The position numbers and the translations under genes were made by a program. Positions 60,210-64,000 of a DNA stretch of 64,000 bases are shown in pieces. The stretch spans positions 11,656,001-11,720,000 of the forward strand of contig CM022672.1 of NCBI GenBank assembly GCA_012295275.1, given 5' to 3'. Position 1 is the stretch's first letter. Every line of letters starts with the position of its first letter. The notes beneath the pieces were generated by a model that had not been told where the DNA came from, ran no database searches, and saw only the letters and a program-made list of their open reading frames with translations. This DNA is from Chrysomallon squamiferum (lineage: Eukaryota > Animalia > Mollusca).

Positions 60210-63143
60210 TCAACACACAGGGACTGTTATTTGGCTAAGTTTTTCATCCTTCGGGTTGTATCCCATGTTCTTTCTCTGCAGGAACATGTGGATCTCTCTA
60301 AACGTTGGTCTCTCGCTCTCCTGGCGATTCCAGCATTCTCTCATCAAATCGTAAATTTCCTTGGGACAGTTGGGAGGCTGTGGCAGATAGACCTGCAGGT
60401 TATCATTCCTGTAGTAATGTCCAGCGTTTTCAATCACCTGCTCGTCTGTCAGCATGTCGTAGGGCTGATCTTTGTTGAAGGTCAAAACTTCCCACAGTGT
60501 CACGGCGAATGACCAGACGTCACTCTTTGTGGTGAACTTGCCCTGTTGAAGACATATGTGCATGAATTATTAACTGCATAATAATAATGTATGCATGCAT
60601 ACATACATATGTACATTCATTCCATCATTCATACATACATACTTACAAACACATGTAAAACAAAATGACAGAATAACAATTACATCTTCAAAACAAAAAT
60701 TAAAAACAAAAATTAATAAATAAATAAATAAAAAATTATCAAGTTTTCTATAATAAATACAAATTTAAAAAAAAAGAAGAAAAAAAGGAAAGAAAAAAGA
60801 AAGAAAAGAAAGAAGAACGAATGAAGAAAGAACAACAGACGAAAGACTGACCAGAAGAATGCTTTCCCATGCCATCCATCTGATTGGAAGAACTGCACGT
60901 CCTTCAATTCGGTAGTAGTCAGCACTGTACAGGCTCCGGCTCATTCCAAAGTCAGAGATTTTGATCAAGTAGTTGGTGCCAACCAGACAGTTACGTGTTG
61001 CCAAGTCTCGATGTACCATGTTCAGCGATTCCAGATACTTCATCCCAGACGCAATCTGAGATGCAATGAATATCAGGCAGCCATAACTGAAAGAAATAAG
61101 AAAACAGTGAAAATGTTTGTTTAAAATTTTAGACAGTTATGTTCTGTGCTATTTTTGTATCTTGTTGATTAGGTATTTGAAGAGTTTTGTTGTTGTTGTT
61201 GTCTTTTTTCTTTTTTTTCTTTAGAAGTTATTTTGATATTGTTATTTATCTATTTTTTATTCCTATTTTTTTATCAGAAATTTATAAATATTTTTGTAAT
61301 TTAAAGGTTATGGACTAGAATCTTTCAATTTTGATATTTATTTTTATTTTTCTTCTAAAGTGCTATGATTCAGCCTGCTTTAGTTATTTCACTTTGTTTT
61401 CCCTCCCCCTTAATAAATGATTATAATTAGTTTAAAATAACATATTTTACTTTAAAATTGTTGTGTTCATAAATAAATTCATTTAAAAAGATATTTAAAA
61501 AAAAAAAATGTCTTGAAAATATAAATTAGAACTAAAAGTATTACTTTCTTTATTAATTGTCACCTCAGTATTTTTGGCTAGTAGTGACTTTGGAGAAAGG
61601 ACATTTTGAATGGAATAATGGAAGAAACAAAGAATAATGAGTCGGTGAAAAAAATATTAATTTATTTGCTAACAAAAAAAATAAAATAAAAAGACAACAA
61701 AAAAGACAATAAAAACTCTTACCTCAGAGTTTTGGCATTCGTAGCTTCTGCGACAGGGCTTTCAGGAACATGTTCCAAAATGAACTGGTTCAAATCTCCG
61801 TACTTCATGTACTCGACAATCATACACAGAGGTTCTTCCCGGGTACAGACTCCCAGAACGTGGACAATGTTAGGGTCCTTCAGTTGAGACATAATCTTCA
61901 CCTCTTTGTGGAAGTCAGCTCTGGTAGAAAAGAAAAAAAAAAAAAATATATATATATATATATATAATTACAGTTATACTGGTTACAGTTTGTATTAAGT
62001 ATATGAGGATAAATGATAAAAATGTATAATTTTTTAATTATTTTATTATTATTTTTTAATGGTTACAGTTTGAAGTACATTTTAAGTGTGTGAGAAGAAA
62101 TAATAAATATATGAATATATGAACATGTATATGTATGTAAATGTAGATGTTTGTGTGTGCATGGATGTATATATTTCAATCAATAAAAACTACATTAAAT
62201 GTCAATGCTGTTAATTCTAAATTTTTTTATGCTTATATTAGCATACACAAATAAATGAAAATGTATTCTTAGCATTACGGAATTTACAACTGTATTTTAA
62301 TATTTTTACCTGGCTCTGTCGTCAGCATTTGGTCGCAACATTTTCACAGCAACCAGCATCGATCGGTTATTGTTTGACCTGCTTCCCAGGTACTCATCAC
62401 CAAGAATGTCGTTAATATGAAGAGCTTCGCAAAGATGTACCTGAAAAATTCAAATATATATATATATATATATAACTTATATTGAATACAGATTATGAAT
62501 ATTACTGTATGCATAAAAAATACAATTATGTAGATAATACATATAGAATATAGAAGCAGTATTACTAATACTACTTACCAGTAGTATTATTAATGTAACT
62601 ACTATTACTATTGCTACTATTTTTATTACTATTACTTTCATTATTACTATTATTGTTGTCATTGTTGTTGTTGTTGTTGTTACTATTATTATTATTGCTG
62701 TTGTTGTTATTTATTTATTTGTTACTTTTGTTTTTATTACTACTACTATTATTATTATTATTATTGTTGTTACTGTTGTTGTTGTTGCAGTTGTTGTTTA
62801 TAGTTTTGCTTTACCTCTCCAAACTGGCCTTCACCTAGAACCTCAACAAAGCGAAGGTTTTCTCTTGGAAACTCTAACACAGAGTAGTCGATGCTCAGCA
62901 GGAGATCAGCGTTGGGAACAGCGTATACGTTGTTGCCACTGACACCCTGCAGGCTGGGAACATTCGCACCGTGGACGTTGACAATGTCTGCAGCAGCGTA
63001 CAGCGCGTCGTAGTTGGGTGGCTTGTCCAGGACCCCACCCACCTGCACTGCTGGGAGTGACATGGGAGGACGAACAGAGCGAGGGGGGAGATTTACAACA
63101 AGAGCTGATTTTGTGACATCAGGGACAGCATAGTCACGCGAGC
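60210..63143 (-). CDS. DDR: Discoidin domain receptor tyrosine kinase (DDR1/DDR2-like), last five coding exons; 5' part outside the window
   Basis: Exons 63143-62815, 62440-62310, 61920-61723, 61086-60852, 60542-60210. Juxtamembrane YAAADIVN and [11 protein letters not shown]; kinase motifs [69 protein letters not shown]. Confidence 0.95.
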
Positions 63144-63822
63144 CTGCGAATGTGAAATTTATGATTATAGTAATAAGAAAAAATGTATTTTGTATGTGTT
63201 TGATATACAAACATTTAAAGCAGTGATATAGTTATACATAACAAATAGGCGCAAACATTTCATCTACACATAAATGTAAAAATAAATGAAAATTGTTTCC
63301 TGAATGAATTAAATAATTAACAAATTAACATAGAAGACATTCAATATTTACAACTAAAGGGAGATAAGTCTGGTGAACAATATTTACATATTTATAAAAA
63401 ATAATAATTTTGGTATAGCATTTCAAGTGACTACCTAGTTAAATTAAAAATAATTTTTAAAAATATATAATCTTGCAAACTGATTTACATGCCAAGAAAT
63501 GTGGTGCATGACAACATATAAAAATAACATAAGAAGACATTTTGAAATCTTTCGATTAAAAAGAATCCAGACAAAAACCTCATTCTTGTAAAAATATCTC
63601 TTAAAATAACCCATAAGATATAGCAATCTGACAAACACTGAGTATAAACACATTCATAATTTTAAACAAAAATTAAGCTAAAGAGTAAAAAAAAAAAAAA
63701 AAACATCAAAGAAGATATTTTAAGATAAAAGAATCAAGCACAACAGTTCTGGATGGTTCAAGCCAGTCTAATCTAAATATCAAAATATGTAGGAGAAAGA
63801 AGGCCTGTAATTTAGGCTTCAT

Positions 63823-63858
<36 letters not shown>

Positions 63859-64000
63859 CTTTCCTTTGCTGATGACATCTAAAATAATTTTTTTTAATTA
63901 TTATTATTATTATTATTAAGTTAGATGTAATCAAATGTCCTACAATTCTATCTTATTTTTAGCTCATATTTATTTTGTATTTATTATTATTATTTTTTCT

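Overview
AT-rich, microsatellite-laden eukaryotic DNA with spliceosomal introns; an invertebrate, probably a gastropod mollusc (inference from gene content and repeat landscape). Exon structures were read by hand from GT/GC-AG boundaries and reading-frame phase. Gene order: (1) 3' part of a GT11 alpha-1,2-fucosyltransferase (+). (2) A second, convergent GT11 paralogue (-) with a 1-nt frameshift. (3) A 14-exon secreted GH38-like/DUF5054-type putative glycosidase (+, 8322-18583) with a tandemly duplicated, apparently mutually exclusive exon pair. (4) A complete 26-exon P5A-ATPase ATP13A1 (-, 21567-42125) with one GC-AG intron. (5) A transposon-rich gap: hAT MITE, internally deleted LINE, pogo-like element with a PHD remnant. 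(6) An intronless 173-aa orphan ORF (-) with PP1-docking-like motifs. (7) CHCHD5 (+). (8) The kinase-encoding 3' end of a discoidin domain receptor (-) with a probable ~7.8-kb 3' UTR. Most notable: the mutually exclusive exons in the uncharacterised glycosidase next to the fucosyltransferases, the orphan candidate PP1 regulator, an inverted copy of the FUT 5' region, a hairpin with back-to-back poly(A) signals, and Tigger4-like MITEs. No rRNA, intact tRNA or CRISPR array was seen. No database searches were run; family calls rest on recognised motifs.
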